From NCBI GenBank assembly GCA_938074205.1, contig CALJES010000012.1, positions 278,840-342,839 on the forward strand: 64,000 bases of DNA. The letters are read 5' to 3'. Below are positions 42,048-52,793 of the stretch, one piece after another. Made by a program: the position numbers and the translations under genes. This DNA comes from an uncultured bacterium. GTDB taxonomy: Bacteria > Armatimonadota > UBA5829. The first letter of the stretch is position 1; the number at the start of each line of letters is the position of its first letter. The notes beneath the pieces are model-generated. The model searched no databases, was not told where the DNA came from, and was given only the letters and a program-made list of their open reading frames with translations.

Positions 42048-43160
42048 ATGACCGATCCGCGGATGCTCAAACTTGCCGACGTCTTGGTAGGCTACTCGAC
42101 CAAAGTGCAGCCTGGCGAGCGAGTATTAATCGACGCATACGACGTGCCTGAGGAGATGGTCTGCGTGCTTGTAGATCGGGTCGTGCAGGCAGGCGGACTG
42201 CCATTTGTGCAAGAGCACAGAGGACGCGTGGGACGCTCGATGTTAATGGTGGCCACTGATGAGCAGCTTGAGATTATAGGCAAACACGCCCTCGAGTTAA
42301 TGAAGGATATGAACTGCTATATTGGCCTGAGAGGCAGCCACAACATAACTGAGCTCGCAGACGTACCCGACGAAAAGATCAAGCTTCGAGAAACATATCT
42401 AAAGCCTGTGCTAGACTACAGGGTGAATAATACGAAATGGGTTGTTCTGCGTTGGCCCTCGCCTTCGATGGCGCAGTTAGCAGGAATGTCTACTGAGCAG
42501 TTCGAAAACTTTTACTTCGCCGTTTGCACAATCGACTACGCCAAGATGGCTGTCGCGGAAGTCCCGCTGAAAGAGAGAATGGAAAGGACCGACAAGGTGC
42601 GCATTATCGGTCCTATGGACACCAATATAACGTTTTCGATAAATGGCATGCCCGCAATTCCGTGCGTAGGAGAAAGAAACATTCCTGACGGCGAGCTCTA
42701 CACTGCGCCGGTTCGCGACAGCATAAACGGCGTCATCCACTTCAACGCAGGCACGATATACCACGGCCGGCCGTTTGACGATATACGACTGGTGTTCGAA
42801 AAGGGCAAGATAATCGAAGCGACCGCTTCAGACACCAAAGCCCTAAACGACATTTTGGACACCGATGAGGGTGCCCGCTACGTCGGCGAGTTTTCACTTG
42901 GGTTCAATCCTCATATAACTTGCCCCATACGAGATATTCTCTTCGACGAGAAGATCAGAGGTTCTATTCACCTAACTCCGGGACAAGCATACGCCGAAGC
43001 GGATAACGGCAACCGGTCTAAGATACACTGGGACTTGGTGCTGATTCAGACGGCGGAATACGGCGGCGGGGAGATTTGGTTCGATGACGAACTCATCCGC
43101 AAGGACGGGCTCTTCGTCCCGGATTATCTTCAGCCACTAAACCCAGAAAACCTGGTATGA
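42048..43160 (+). CDS. Aminopeptidase, peptidase family M29 (AmpS/PepS-like).
   Basis: The 370-aa product shows the M29 family pattern throughout ('LADVLVGYSTKVQPGERVLI'). Confidence 0.7.
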   Translation: MTDPRMLKLADVLVGYSTKVQPGERVLIDAYDVPEEMVCVLVDRVVQAGGLPFVQEHRGRVGRSMLMVATDEQLEIIGKHALELMKDMNCYIGLRGSHNITELADVPDEKIKLRETYLKPVLDYRVNNTKWVVLRWPSPSMAQLAGMSTEQFENFYFAVCTIDYAKMAVAEVPLKERMERTDKVRIIGPMDTNITFSINGMPAIPCVGERNIPDGELYTAPVRDSINGVIHFNAGTIYHGRPFDDIRLVFEKGKIIEATASDTKALNDILDTDEGARYVGEFSLGFNPHITCPIRDILFDEKIRGSIHLTPGQAYAEADNGNRSKIHWDLVLIQTAEYGGGEIWFDDELIRKDGLFVPDYLQPLNPENLV

Positions 43161-43198
43161 GAACGTATTGCCGCCTGTCAAATAGGAAATGGTTGCTG

Positions 43199-43227
43199 TT
43201 GACACACCGCCAACCTAGTGATATAGT
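43199..43227 (+). promoter_or_regulatory. Strong sigma70-type promoter (TTGACA-N17-TATAGT) inside the ampS-glcD intergenic region.
   Basis: I read ttgaca at 43199-43204 and tatagt at 43222-43227. Confidence 0.5.
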
Positions 43228-43234
43228 GGGGACG

Positions 43235-43418
43235 ACAAGAAGGGAGGTGGTGACTAGCATGGTAGATAGTCAACGAGGTGACCGCGGGGGCTAGTATTTT
43301 AGCCTGTGGTTAGCTAACCACCCTGGTCATGAATGCGAGCCCTCACGCGCAAGCCTCAACTACTCGTGAGGGTAGGAAAAACGAAAGGCTGCTGCCCCGT
43401 AGGCAGCGGCCTTTTCAC
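43235..43418 (+). ncRNA. Candidate small RNA or riboregulatory leader, about 185 nt, ending in a strong intrinsic terminator. I could not assign a family.
   Basis: The promoter lies just upstream. An internal hairpin is CCCTCACG-(17 nt)-CGTGAGGG. The terminal stem GGCUGCUGCC-ccgua-GGCAGCGGCC is followed by UUUU. No ORF longer than 11 codons starts near the 5' end. Confidence 0.3.
43387..43418 (+). terminator. Rho-independent terminator.
   Basis: A 10-bp GC-rich stem with one G.U pair and a 5-nt loop is followed by a TTTT tract. Confidence 0.6.
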
Positions 43419-43524
43419 TGTATCGAGAAAACTGCACATTCCTGTGGGAACGACGGCGCGGTGGTCTGGATTCAGTATCTGGGGTGCCACACAAGCTTTC
43501 CACCGATTTCCTTAACCCGAAAGC

Positions 43525-44961
43525 ATGCTCAGCAATTTGACTGAGCTCAAGTGTAAGCGTATCCTGTACACTATGAAACCGTCTCGAATATCTTCCTCCG
43601 TAGTAGAAAAGCTGGTATCTATTGTTGGCGGCGAGCACGTTCTCGTGAGTGATGAAGATCGTTTGGCCTACGCATACGACAGCCAGCGAGTAGAGTTTAT
43701 TCCAGACGCAGTTGTTAGACCAGGCACCGCCGATGACATTGCCCAGATTATGCGGATTGCAAACGAAGAACTCTTCCCTGTTGTACCGCGAGGCTCCGGG
43801 ACTGGGCTGAGCGGTGGTTCAGTGGCATCTCAAGGTGGTGTTGTGCTGGACCTTTCAAGGATGAACCGCATAGTCGAAATTGATCTCGGAAACCTCCATG
43901 CAGTATGTCAGCCTGGGGTAATAACTGCCACTCTCGCTACGGCGGTCGAAAAGCACGGTCTTCTCTATCCTCCTGATCCCGGCAGCATAAAAGTGTCCAC
44001 GTTGGGGGGAAACGTGGCAGAAAACGCAGGCGGGTTGCGCGCCATAAAGTACGGCGTTACGCGGAATTACTTGATGCAGGTGTGCGCCGTGGTTCCCACG
44101 GGGGAAGAGTTCGTGAGCGGCGCAAAAACCCGAAAGTGCGTAGCCGGATACGATCTAGCATCGCTTCTTTGCGGTTCTGAGGGTACGCTAGCAGTGATAA
44201 CTGAGATAACGGTGCGTTTGGTGCCGTTCCCAAGGTTCAGACGTTCTCTCACCGCAGTTTTCGAAACTGCCTCAGCTGCAGGGCGTGCCGTATCGGAGAT
44301 TATGGCTGAAGGCCTCACACCGGCAACTCTGGAGATACTTGATCAGCGCACTATTCAAGTTGTCGAAGACTATGCGCACCTAGGTCTGCCAACCGAAGCC
44401 GGAGCCCTGCTGCTCGCTGAGTTCGACGGTTTCTCAGAAACTGCAGTTGCTGATGAAGCCGAAGCGGCGCGCGCTGTGCTTGAGCGAAGCAGCGCGCAGC
44501 AAATCAGAGAAGCCCAAGATGCTGAAGAGCGAGAACGTATTTGGGAAGCCCGACGCGTGGCGCTTGCTGCTTTGGCGCGTGTGCGACCGACGACTATTCT
44601 AGAAGATGTGACTGTGCCACTTCCGAAGCTGAGCGCCATGATAGAACGTATTGCCGAAATAGCCCGCAGCAATTCCCTTCTGATAGGAACATTTGGACAT
44701 GCCGGAGATGGCAATCTGCACCCGACCATACTGACCGACGAACGGGATGCGGAAGAAATGGAGCGAGTTGAAAAGGCGATTGCGCAACTTTTCGAAGCTG
44801 CTCTTGAACTCGGCGGCACAGTAAGTGGTGAACACGGAATCGGTTTCGCCAAAGCCCCTTTTCTGCCTAAGGAAGTGGGCGAGAACACTATCGAGATAAT
44901 GCGTCGAATCAAGCGATCGCTGGATCCGAACAATATCCTAAACCCAGGCAAATTCCTCTGA
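43525..44961 (+). CDS. glcD: FAD-linked oxidase (glycolate oxidase subunit GlcD/D-lactate dehydrogenase family).
   Basis: The FAD-binding PCMH domain has 'VVPRGSGTGLSGG', and the C-terminal FAD-oxidase_C domain follows. Confidence 0.75.
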   Translation: MLSNLTELKCKRILYTMKPSRISSSVVEKLVSIVGGEHVLVSDEDRLAYAYDSQRVEFIPDAVVRPGTADDIAQIMRIANEELFPVVPRGSGTGLSGGSVASQGGVVLDLSRMNRIVEIDLGNLHAVCQPGVITATLATAVEKHGLLYPPDPGSIKVSTLGGNVAENAGGLRAIKYGVTRNYLMQVCAVVPTGEEFVSGAKTRKCVAGYDLASLLCGSEGTLAVITEITVRLVPFPRFRRSLTAVFETASAAGRAVSEIMAEGLTPATLEILDQRTIQVVEDYAHLGLPTEAGALLLAEFDGFSETAVADEAEAARAVLERSSAQQIREAQDAEERERIWEARRVALAALARVRPTTILEDVTVPLPKLSAMIERIAEIARSNSLLIGTFGHAGDGNLHPTILTDERDAEEMERVEKAIAQLFEAALELGGTVSGEHGIGFAKAPFLPKEVGENTIEIMRRIKRSLDPNNILNPGKFL

Positions 44962-45024
44962 TGATCTGCTTTCCAAAAACGCCGACTGCATTTTGTCGTT
45001 GGGACAGCTGGAACAAGACCGAGA

Positions 45025-46284
45025 ATGCAAGATAAGTTAGCCTATAGACTAGATGATTTGGTTGCTGCGTGCATGAAGTGCGGCTTTTGTAAAGCCGTCT
45101 GCCCTCTACATTCGGATATCGAAACTACATCGCCGCGTGCCAAGGTGAGATTAGCAAAGGCTATAATGCGAGGCGAGCTTCAAGTGGGCACCGGCGTCAG
45201 ATATCAAATGGAGCGTTGCTTAAACTGCCGAGCTTGTGCAAGCGAGTGCCCCAGCGGTGTCGAGCCGAACAAAGTTGCACTGGCTATGCGGGCTCTCTAT
45301 GTCGAACAGTTTGGAATGCACCCCATAAAGCGACTGGTGTTTCGAGTGGGGCTGTCTAGACCGCGGCTTATGGCTTGGGCGCTAAAGGGCTTGGGGCTGA
45401 TCGAGCAATTGACAGCTATAGAACTCCAAAATAACCCGCTGCGATGTGTACTGCCTCTCGTGGGCCTCAGACAGGACAAAGACCTGCCTACGCTCGGTCG
45501 CCGCACTCTTATGTCGCGAATTCCGGAGCGAATTCGCCCCTTCGGCGAAATTAAGACCAGCGTTCTATACTTCCCAGGTTGCGCGATAAATTTCATTTAT
45601 CCCGAGATGGGACTTGCGACGGTGAGTATTTTGAGGAAGCTGGGTGCAGAGGTCGTGCTTCCCCATAACCTAGTATGCTGCTCCACTCCGGTATTTAACT
45701 CGGGAGATCTAGACGCCGCGCGGGCTCTGGCAAGTAGGAATATCGAAATTATGCTCGGCGCGAACGTCGAGACTATAGTCACCTCCTGCGGTTCGTGTGG
45801 GCTAACTATCAAACACGAGTGGGCCGACACATTGGGCGTACAAGGTGCAGATACCATATCGAGGAAAGCAATGGACATCACCGAGTTTGTTGCGCAGTAT
45901 TTTCAAGAAAGAATGCTCAAGCGGCTTGATAGTCTCGGGGTCGTGACGTACCACGATTCCTGTCACCTGCGCCGCGGTATGGGTGTTCAATCAGAACCTC
46001 GGTATCTTCTGGCCGCCGCTTTTGGCAATCACTTCGTGGGAATGGAACAAGCCGATAGATGCTGCGGCGGAGGCGGCACGTTCAGCATTTTCCATCCGGA
46101 GCTGTCGCAAGATGTGGCAGAGTTAAAGGTTCAGCGTGTAATTGAGTCGGGAGCGAGCATCGTTGCTGCCGGTTGTCCAGCGTGCGTAATGCAACTTCGC
46201 GATTCGTTCATTCATCGTAGAGTCAACTGCAAAGCTGTTCACACAGTTGAGATTATTGATCAGGCGCTGCTATCAGGCGTATAA
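45025..46284 (+). CDS. glcF: Glycolate oxidase iron-sulfur subunit-like protein (2x 4Fe-4S plus CCG domains).
   Basis: Two ferredoxin-type CxxCxxCxxxCP motifs are followed by two Cys-rich CCG repeats. Confidence 0.7.
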   Translation: MQDKLAYRLDDLVAACMKCGFCKAVCPLHSDIETTSPRAKVRLAKAIMRGELQVGTGVRYQMERCLNCRACASECPSGVEPNKVALAMRALYVEQFGMHPIKRLVFRVGLSRPRLMAWALKGLGLIEQLTAIELQNNPLRCVLPLVGLRQDKDLPTLGRRTLMSRIPERIRPFGEIKTSVLYFPGCAINFIYPEMGLATVSILRKLGAEVVLPHNLVCCSTPVFNSGDLDAARALASRNIEIMLGANVETIVTSCGSCGLTIKHEWADTLGVQGADTISRKAMDITEFVAQYFQERMLKRLDSLGVVTYHDSCHLRRGMGVQSEPRYLLAAAFGNHFVGMEQADRCCGGGGTFSIFHPELSQDVAELKVQRVIESGASIVAAGCPACVMQLRDSFIHRRVNCKAVHTVEIIDQALLSGV

Positions 46285-47629
46285 CCCTACAGGTTGTCTC
46301 CGTAACTCTGGCTTCCTCAGAAGCTGTAACGCCGACCACCCACAGCACCCTTTCGTCGTCAACAACCACTGCAGCTTGGCTCCGCTCGCCAGGCGGGATC
46401 TTCTTGTCCACAAAGACGTCTTGAAGTTTCTTAGTGCCCGTCATGCCAAACGGTTGGATTCGGTCTCCAGGTTTTGCGTTTCGTATGCGAAGCCTGCCGC
46501 GAACTTTGTCGGCGTCAAGCAGAGCCACGTTGGGTTTCACTCGTAGAACTCGCACCTTGTCCAAGAGTTGCGTTTCAATTGTGATGCCCAGTGCTGGAAT
46601 ATTCGTGCATCCTGGCACAGCAAGGTCTATCTCGAACGGCTCGGCACGCTCATAGGCTTCGCGAGGTCCTATTCGGATATCGTTGCCCAGCTTCTCGACC
46701 GATATATCCCCGCCGGGAAGCTCAATTGCGAAATCCTCGCCCTGCAGAATACCCGCCAGAATCTGTTCTACGTGTTCGTACGTTACATCCTTCAGATCGC
46801 CTCTTACCCTTTGTATTTCTGCTCGAATAACTTCCGCAGCAAGTCCCGGTAGCAGGTCAGATGCAAGCCTCGCGTCAAGCGCAGATCCGTACTCTACCGC
46901 AAGTGCAGTTTGCGAGGCAAAATACTCCATAGCTTCCACAGATCGCTCTGCGATTTTGCCTATTCGGATGAGTGCGTGTTTTATCTGCGGGTTGTAGTCC
47001 TTTTCCAGAAGAGGCACCAGCTGCAATCTGATTCGATTTCGCACATACGAGGTGTCTAGGTTAGAACTATCGATTCTGTGTGCGAGACCGTTCTTGAGTA
47101 GGTACTCGATGATCTCGGTTCGCCATGTTTCGATTAACGGTCTTACTACATGTCCTGCGATGGGACGCATGCAAGCCAAGCCATCCAGTCCTGTTCCTCT
47201 GAGAATGTTGAGGAGAATAGTTTCGGCTTTATCGTCAGCCGTATGCCCTACTGCAAGCTTGTTACAGCCAAGCTCTGATAAAGAATATTGCAAAAAATTA
47301 TATCTAAGCTGTCGGGCTGCTTCCTCTTCACCCAGCTTTGCATTTTTCCGATAGCTTCTCACTTCGGCTCGACCTGTTTTATACGGCAACTTGAGCGCAT
47401 TAGCCAATTCGATGACAAAGCGTTCGTCTTCATCGGATTCTGCCCCTCGAAGGCAGTGGTTGAAGTGAGCGACGTGAAGAATTATGCCTAGCTCTTCAGC
47501 ACACAGGTGGAGCGCATGAAGCATGGCTACGGAATCCGGTCCGCCGGAAACGGCGACGAGCACGCGATCGCCGGGCGAGAACATGGAATGCAAACGCGCT
47601 GCTTTGAGGATGTCAGGTATACAGCTCAT
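46253..47629 (-). CDS. tilS: tRNA(Ile)-lysidine synthetase.
   Basis: The PP-loop is 'RVLVAVSGGPDSVAMLHAL'. The C-terminal TilS substrate-binding domain follows. Confidence 0.8.
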   Translation of the reverse strand: MSCIPDILKAARLHSMFSPGDRVLVAVSGGPDSVAMLHALHLCAEELGIILHVAHFNHCLRGAESDEDERFVIELANALKLPYKTGRAEVRSYRKNAKLGEEEAARQLRYNFLQYSLSELGCNKLAVGHTADDKAETILLNILRGTGLDGLACMRPIAGHVVRPLIETWRTEIIEYLLKNGLAHRIDSSNLDTSYVRNRIRLQLVPLLEKDYNPQIKHALIRIGKIAERSVEAMEYFASQTALAVEYGSALDARLASDLLPGLAAEVIRAEIQRVRGDLKDVTYEHVEQILAGILQGEDFAIELPGGDISVEKLGNDIRIGPREAYERAEPFEIDLAVPGCTNIPALGITIETQLLDKVRVLRVKPNVALLDADKVRGRLRIRNAKPGDRIQPFGMTGTKKLQDVFVDKKIPPGERSQAAVVVDDERVLWVVGVTASEEARVTETTCRVIRLIAAPDQ

Positions 47630-47638
47630 CGAATAATA

Positions 47639-48835
47639 TTATTCAATTTGGAAGAGCATTTTCATCAAATTCGGAGCGTACTCGACTCGCAACTTCGTAT
47701 CTTCCACGGCACGTTCATCGAAAGGCAAATGGTTTCTTTCCGGCTTGGTCGAATCGAACAACAAAAACGGTACTGGATGTTCTGAATGTGAGCCGGAAGA
47801 AATTGGCGTTCGATGGTCTGGCATCAGCAGTATTCGGACGTCATAACCGTGTTTCTTTATACCGTCCAGGATGGTTCCCAGTACCTTCTGGTCACATTCC
47901 TGGATTGCCTCGATTTTCTTGTCGACGTCTCTTTCGTGTCCGGCTTCATCCGGCGCTTCGACGTGCACCCAAACGAAGTCGTAATTGCTGAGTGCGCGAA
48001 CTGCGTACTGTCCCTTCCCGAGATAATTCGTATCTACATAACCGGTCGCGCCTGGCACATCGATCAACTTTAAACCAACTAATCTCCCCAAGCCTCGTAT
48101 AAGATCGACTGCTGCAACGACTGCGCCGGTTCTACCAAATTGCTGAAAGAAACTGGGCATTTCTGGAGCTGTGCTTTCTCCCCAGAGCCAAATCATATTG
48201 GCAGGAAGCAAACCTTCTTCTTTCCTGCGACGGTTAATCGGGTGATTGTCCAATATTTCATAAGAATCTTCCATTAACCTAATCAACTTTTCGGCGCCGT
48301 CGCCAGCTGGATAGTACTGCTTAAAGGGTTGATCGTGGAACTTATATGGTGCGGTGCAGTGGATGTCCCTGGGTCCGCCGTGCCATATCATTATGTGGCG
48401 GTAGCTCACTCCGGGATAGAACCGAATCACGTTCGTGCGCAGCTTTTCGTCTACCAGGCTAATTAGTTCGCGCGCATCTTCGGTTGAAATGTGGCCGCCT
48501 GTGGAGTCTAACATAAGCTCGCCATCAGTAGAAACTAGATTGGCCCGGAATACGATATCCGACTTTTCGAGTGGAATGTCTAGGCTTGCAGCTTCAATTG
48601 CACCTCTGCCCGTATAATAGTCGCGCGGGTCGTATCCCAGGATTGCCATATTTGTTATGTCGCTGCCGGGCGGCATGCCCTGGGGGGTAGTGGTCACTGC
48701 GCCGACAACGCTCTGAGACGCCAGATCGTCCATATAGGGCTTCTTGGCAACCTGCATTGGGGTCTTACCGTCAAGTTCTTCAATCGGTTCATCTGCCATT
48801 CCGTCGAATACGATCAGAAGATACTTCATCATCAC
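47639..48835 (-). CDS. apgM: Cofactor-independent phosphoglycerate mutase, archaeal-type (ApgM family).
   Basis: The N-terminus 'MKYLLIVFDGMADEP' and overall length match ApgM. Confidence 0.75.
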   Translation of the reverse strand: MMMKYLLIVFDGMADEPIEELDGKTPMQVAKKPYMDDLASQSVVGAVTTTPQGMPPGSDITNMAILGYDPRDYYTGRGAIEAASLDIPLEKSDIVFRANLVSTDGELMLDSTGGHISTEDARELISLVDEKLRTNVIRFYPGVSYRHIMIWHGGPRDIHCTAPYKFHDQPFKQYYPAGDGAEKLIRLMEDSYEILDNHPINRRRKEEGLLPANMIWLWGESTAPEMPSFFQQFGRTGAVVAAVDLIRGLGRLVGLKLIDVPGATGYVDTNYLGKGQYAVRALSNYDFVWVHVEAPDEAGHERDVDKKIEAIQECDQKVLGTILDGIKKHGYDVRILLMPDHRTPISSGSHSEHPVPFLLFDSTKPERNHLPFDERAVEDTKLRVEYAPNLMKMLFQIE

Positions 48836-48951
48836 CTTACACCCAAACTAGCACACCTATAAACACTTCAGCTCATGGAGACAAGCGGTTCGGTTCACTA
48901 TTCCAAGATTCTCAAATGACTACCGCTAGGATGAGGCCGAGGAATCCTAGA

Positions 48952-49887
48952 TTACGTTAAAGGTTTACCGACAAGCCTATGATATGCTTCTCGATATTTC
49001 TCTGCAGTCCTGGCTACAATATCCTCGGGCAGCTCCGGGCCAGGATAAGTGCGGTCCCAATCAAGACCCAGCAAGTAGTCCCTCACAAACTGCTTGTCGA
49101 AACTCGGCTGGCTTCGTCCTGGAGTATATAGATTTGCGTCCCAAAACCTAGACGAGTCCGGCGTCAGGACCTCGTCTATCAAGATAATGCGATCGTTGAG
49201 CTGTCCGAACTCAAATTTAGTATCGCTTATTATGATCCCATGTTCGGCTGCGTATTCTGAAGCGCGATTATACAACGCAAGGCTTAAAGCCTCGAGCTGC
49301 TTTCCAAGATCTTCTCCTACGATCTGCCGCGCTTGCTGAGCACTAATGTTCACATCGTGTCCCGTACTCTCCTTTGTCGCAGGTGTGAAAACAGGCCGGG
49401 GCATTTTCTGGCATTCGACCATATCTGCCGGCAGCTCGATTCCGTGAAGCACCACCGGCTTACTGCTGCCGGAAGCCGTTCGCAGGACAGAATACTCCTT
49501 CCACGCGGAGCCTGCTAGGTAACCCCTTACAACGCACTCGATCGGAATCGGCTTCGTCTTTACGACAAGCATTGACCGCCCGTCCAGCAGCTCCCTGTAT
49601 TGCTCGGGATTTTCAACTCCAGCGTTTCTAATACGTGCAAGGATCTCATCGGTATTCGCGGTAATTAGGTGGTTTTCTACGATGTCCTTGGTGAGGTCGA
49701 ACCAAAAGAGTGACATCTGCGTCAGGACTTTTCCCTTATCTGGTATCGGCGTGGGCAGCACCACATCAAACGCCGAAATCCGGTCCGTCGCCACAATCAG
49801 CAGTTCGTTTCCAAGGTCGTACACATCCCGCACCTTGCCTGTAACGAATTTGGGCAAGCCTTTGATGTCTGTTGTGGTGACGATCAT
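48952..49887 (-). CDS. purC: Phosphoribosylaminoimidazole-succinocarboxamide synthase (SAICAR synthetase).
   Basis: Motifs '[25 protein letters not shown]' and 'KFEFG' are present. Confidence 0.9.
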   Translation of the reverse strand: MIVTTTDIKGLPKFVTGKVRDVYDLGNELLIVATDRISAFDVVLPTPIPDKGKVLTQMSLFWFDLTKDIVENHLITANTDEILARIRNAGVENPEQYRELLDGRSMLVVKTKPIPIECVVRGYLAGSAWKEYSVLRTASGSSKPVVLHGIELPADMVECQKMPRPVFTPATKESTGHDVNISAQQARQIVGEDLGKQLEALSLALYNRASEYAAEHGIIISDTKFEFGQLNDRIILIDEVLTPDSSRFWDANLYTPGRSQPSFDKQFVRDYLLGLDWDRTYPGPELPEDIVARTAEKYREAYHRLVGKPLT

Positions 49888-51032
49888 ATGAGCCTCATCT
49901 CCTTTGCAACCGCTTCGGTATCAGCCGGCAGTTCAATGATCGGCGGCGCAATCTTGATCGCTCGGTCCGGATCCTTCAAACCGTGTCCCGTCAGCACGCA
50001 AACTACCTCGCACTTTTCTTTGAAGAAACCTTCTTTGGCTTTCTTTATCACCCCGGCAACTGACGCCGCTGATGCCGGCTCGCAGAAGATACCTTCCGTA
50101 GAGGCAAGCAGCTTCTGCGCGTCGGTTATCTCGTCGTCAGTGACCTTGTCAATGATACCTCCAGACTCGTCTCGTGCTGCCACCGCCTGCTTCCAGCTTG
50201 CTGGATTACCGATGCGTATCGCGGTCGCTATGGTTTCAGGATTTTCAATTGGGTGACCGTCTACTATAGGAGCCGATTTGGCGGCTTGGAAACCCAGCAT
50301 TATGGGCAATCTGTCAATCTTTCCCGCGCTGTAATATGCCTTATATCCTGCCCAATAGGCCGTTATGTTGCCGGCATTGCCCACTGGGATTGCATGATAA
50401 GTGGGTGCTTTCCCCAACTCGTCACAGATTTCAAAAGCACCTGTCTTCTGCCCCTCTATTCTGTAGGGGTTTAGCGAGTTGACCAACGTAATGGGAAAGG
50501 ACTCAGAGATTTCACGCGTGATTCTTAGTGCGTCGTCGAAGTTGCCGTCTACTGCAATTACCTTCGCGCCGTGAATAAGCGATTGAGATACCTTCCCAAT
50601 TGCAACGGCTCCTTTGGGTAATATAACGGCACATACCAGTCCTGCACGCGCCGAATAAGCAGCCGCAGAGGCGGCAGTATTACCAGTAGAAGCGCAGATA
50701 GTGGCCTTGCTGCCTGCTTCCACCGCTTTGGAGATCGCCATGGTCATCCCGCGATCCTTGAAGCTGCCCGTTGGGTTCATTCCTTCAAACTTGAGATAAA
50801 GCGTCACCTTATCACCAAGCATAGATGCTAGCCTATCCGCTCTAACTAGCGGAGTGTAACCTTCCGAAAGCGAAATGATGGGGGTGCGGTCGGTGACGGG
50901 TAGAAAATCGCGGTATCTCTCAATTAGAGGAACCCTTTTAAATGACTGAAAACTCATAGGCTCTCCTAGTGGTGTTCGGGTAAACAATAAACTTTTTCGT
51001 GTGTCAGTCTTCAACCCTGATTCTGCTTCCAA
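49884..51032 (-). CDS. thrC: Threonine synthase.
   Basis: The PLP-lysine motif is '[11 protein letters not shown]', and the product has ThrC length. Confidence 0.85.
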   Translation of the reverse strand: MEAESGLKTDTRKSLLFTRTPLGEPMSFQSFKRVPLIERYRDFLPVTDRTPIISLSEGYTPLVRADRLASMLGDKVTLYLKFEGMNPTGSFKDRGMTMAISKAVEAGSKATICASTGNTAASAAAYSARAGLVCAVILPKGAVAIGKVSQSLIHGAKVIAVDGNFDDALRITREISESFPITLVNSLNPYRIEGQKTGAFEICDELGKAPTYHAIPVGNAGNITAYWAGYKAYYSAGKIDRLPIMLGFQAAKSAPIVDGHPIENPETIATAIRIGNPASWKQAVAARDESGGIIDKVTDDEITDAQKLLASTEGIFCEPASAASVAGVIKKAKEGFFKEKCEVVCVLTGHGLKDPDRAIKIAPPIIELPADTEAVAKEMRLI

Positions 51033-52290
51033 TCTGCTTTACAACTGGCAGGTGCCCTATCGCATCCAGCGCGGCTCTCATACTCGGCTCCGGAGCTTCA
51101 TGGGTAAGCCAGACAATTTCCGCGCAAGAATCGGGAAGCACGTGTTGCAGTACCGATTCTATAGACACGTCATAGTTAGCGAACTCTGCTGCGATGGCTG
51201 CAAGTACCCTGGGCTTGTCCTCGGCAATTATTCTGACATAGTTCCGGCAGCTCACGCTTTCCATCCCAAGCATGGGCAGCTGGTCAAAACATGTACACGG
51301 CACGCGTCCGGTGGCACCCATGTTTATGTTGCGGGCAATGTCAATTATGTCGCCCACTACTGCGCTGCCTGCTGCCTCACTGCCAGCACCTCTACCGAAG
51401 AACATCACCTCGCCGACTGCGCTCCCGCGTACAAATATCGCGTTATATACGCCATGAACGTGCGCCAACGGATGAGTCTTCGGCACAAATGCAGGGTGGA
51501 CTCGCACCGACATTCCATCGCTGAACTTTTTTGCGATTGCAAGAAGCTTCACTGCAAATCCGAGCTGATCGGCATAATTAAGGTCGTCGGCAGTTATCTC
51601 CCTGATACCTTCACGGTAAACAGCCGTAACATCTGCTCTGCTTGTAAACGCGATCGATGCGAGGATTGCTATCTTGTACGCCGCGTCGTGTCCGTCGACG
51701 TCGCTTGTAGGGTCGGCTTCCGCATAGCCTTTTTCTTGTGCTTGACGCAGCGCCTCCACAAACGATATCCCCTCGTCTTTCATTCGGGTCAAGATATAGT
51801 TGGTGGTGCCGTTTACTATGCCCTTAATCTCGAGTATTTCGTTTCCCGCTAGACACGTCTTGAGGGGCCGGATTATAGGGATCCCGCCGCCGACAGAGGC
51901 TTCGAACATCAGGTCGCGCTTCAACTGAGAGGCTAGCGGAAACAGATTTGCGCCTTCCTTGGCAATGAGCTCCTTGTTTGCGGTCACTACGTGCTTTCCG
52001 AATTCAAGCGCGCGCTTGATGTAGTCGCCAGCTGGGCTCACACCCCCTATGACCTCGACAACTATATCGATCTCCGGATCGTTGAGGATATCATCAGCGT
52101 TCGTAGTAAGCAGCGATGGATCCATGGATACCGATCTCGGTGTAGTTATGTCTAGGTCCGCAATGCGCTTTATGACGAGTCTAGATCCGACTTTGCGAGC
52201 TATTGAATCAGCATTTTCGGACAGCAGTTTGACTGTCCCGACTCCAACTGTCCCGAAACCTATGATTCCGACGTTGATAACTTCCTTCAC
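51004..52290 (-). CDS. hom: Homoserine dehydrogenase with a C-terminal ACT domain.
   Basis: The Rossmann motif is 'INVGIIGFGTVGVG', and the gene is adjacent to thrC. Confidence 0.85.
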   Translation of the reverse strand: MKEVINVGIIGFGTVGVGTVKLLSENADSIARKVGSRLVIKRIADLDITTPRSVSMDPSLLTTNADDILNDPEIDIVVEVIGGVSPAGDYIKRALEFGKHVVTANKELIAKEGANLFPLASQLKRDLMFEASVGGGIPIIRPLKTCLAGNEILEIKGIVNGTTNYILTRMKDEGISFVEALRQAQEKGYAEADPTSDVDGHDAAYKIAILASIAFTSRADVTAVYREGIREITADDLNYADQLGFAVKLLAIAKKFSDGMSVRVHPAFVPKTHPLAHVHGVYNAIFVRGSAVGEVMFFGRGAGSEAAGSAVVGDIIDIARNINMGATGRVPCTCFDQLPMLGMESVSCRNYVRIIAEDKPRVLAAIAAEFANYDVSIESVLQHVLPDSCAEIVWLTHEAPEPSMRAALDAIGHLPVVKQIGSRIRVED

Positions 52291-52793
52291 TCTTCGACCC
52301 TTACTCTGACCAGCGTTTCACCCTTTTGGACGAGCTTGCCGTTCTCCGCTGGAATAGCAACCACTTCTCCGGCGACATCGCTTGGTATCGGACTAAATAC
52401 TTTCATCGCCTCAATCAGTCCTATTTCGGTCCCTACCTCGATATGATCTCCGACTTCCACAAACGGAGGCGCATCCGGCGCCGGAGCTCGATAGAATACG
52501 CCTACCAAAGGCGCGACGATGTCCACTATATTGCCCACCAGCTCCGGCTCGACCGTTGTTTCGGATGTAAGTTCTGTGGTCCCCGATACATCCTCCGAAG
52601 TCGCTGAGTCTTGTGTCTGGGCTGCGTTTGCAGGCACCGAGACAGCAGCGGAGGAATCGGGCGCAGGTTCTGACGAGCTCTTAATGGTGACAATCAGATC
52701 GCCTTCTTCAACGGTCAGTTCAGCCAGGCCGTGTGCTTCAACGAGTTTGAGAAGCTTGCCGATTTGCTCTACGTCTATTTCTCGCTTTGCCAA
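52287..52793 (-). CDS. accB: Biotin carboxyl carrier protein (AccB-like). The start is probably a TTG rather than the longest ORF.
   Basis: The N-terminal helix 'AKREIDVEQIGKLLKLVEAHGLAELTVEEGD' is followed by a Pro/Ala/Ser linker and the biotinyl domain 'GVFYRAPAPDAPPFVEVGD...IEAMKV'. The longest ORF runs to 52868 but adds a non-AccB leader. Confidence 0.6.
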   Translation of the reverse strand: MAKREIDVEQIGKLLKLVEAHGLAELTVEEGDLIVTIKSSSEPAPDSSAAVSVPANAAQTQDSATSEDVSGTTELTSETTVEPELVGNIVDIVAPLVGVFYRAPAPDAPPFVEVGDHIEVGTEIGLIEAMKVFSPIPSDVAGEVVAIPAENGKLVQKGETLVRVRVEE

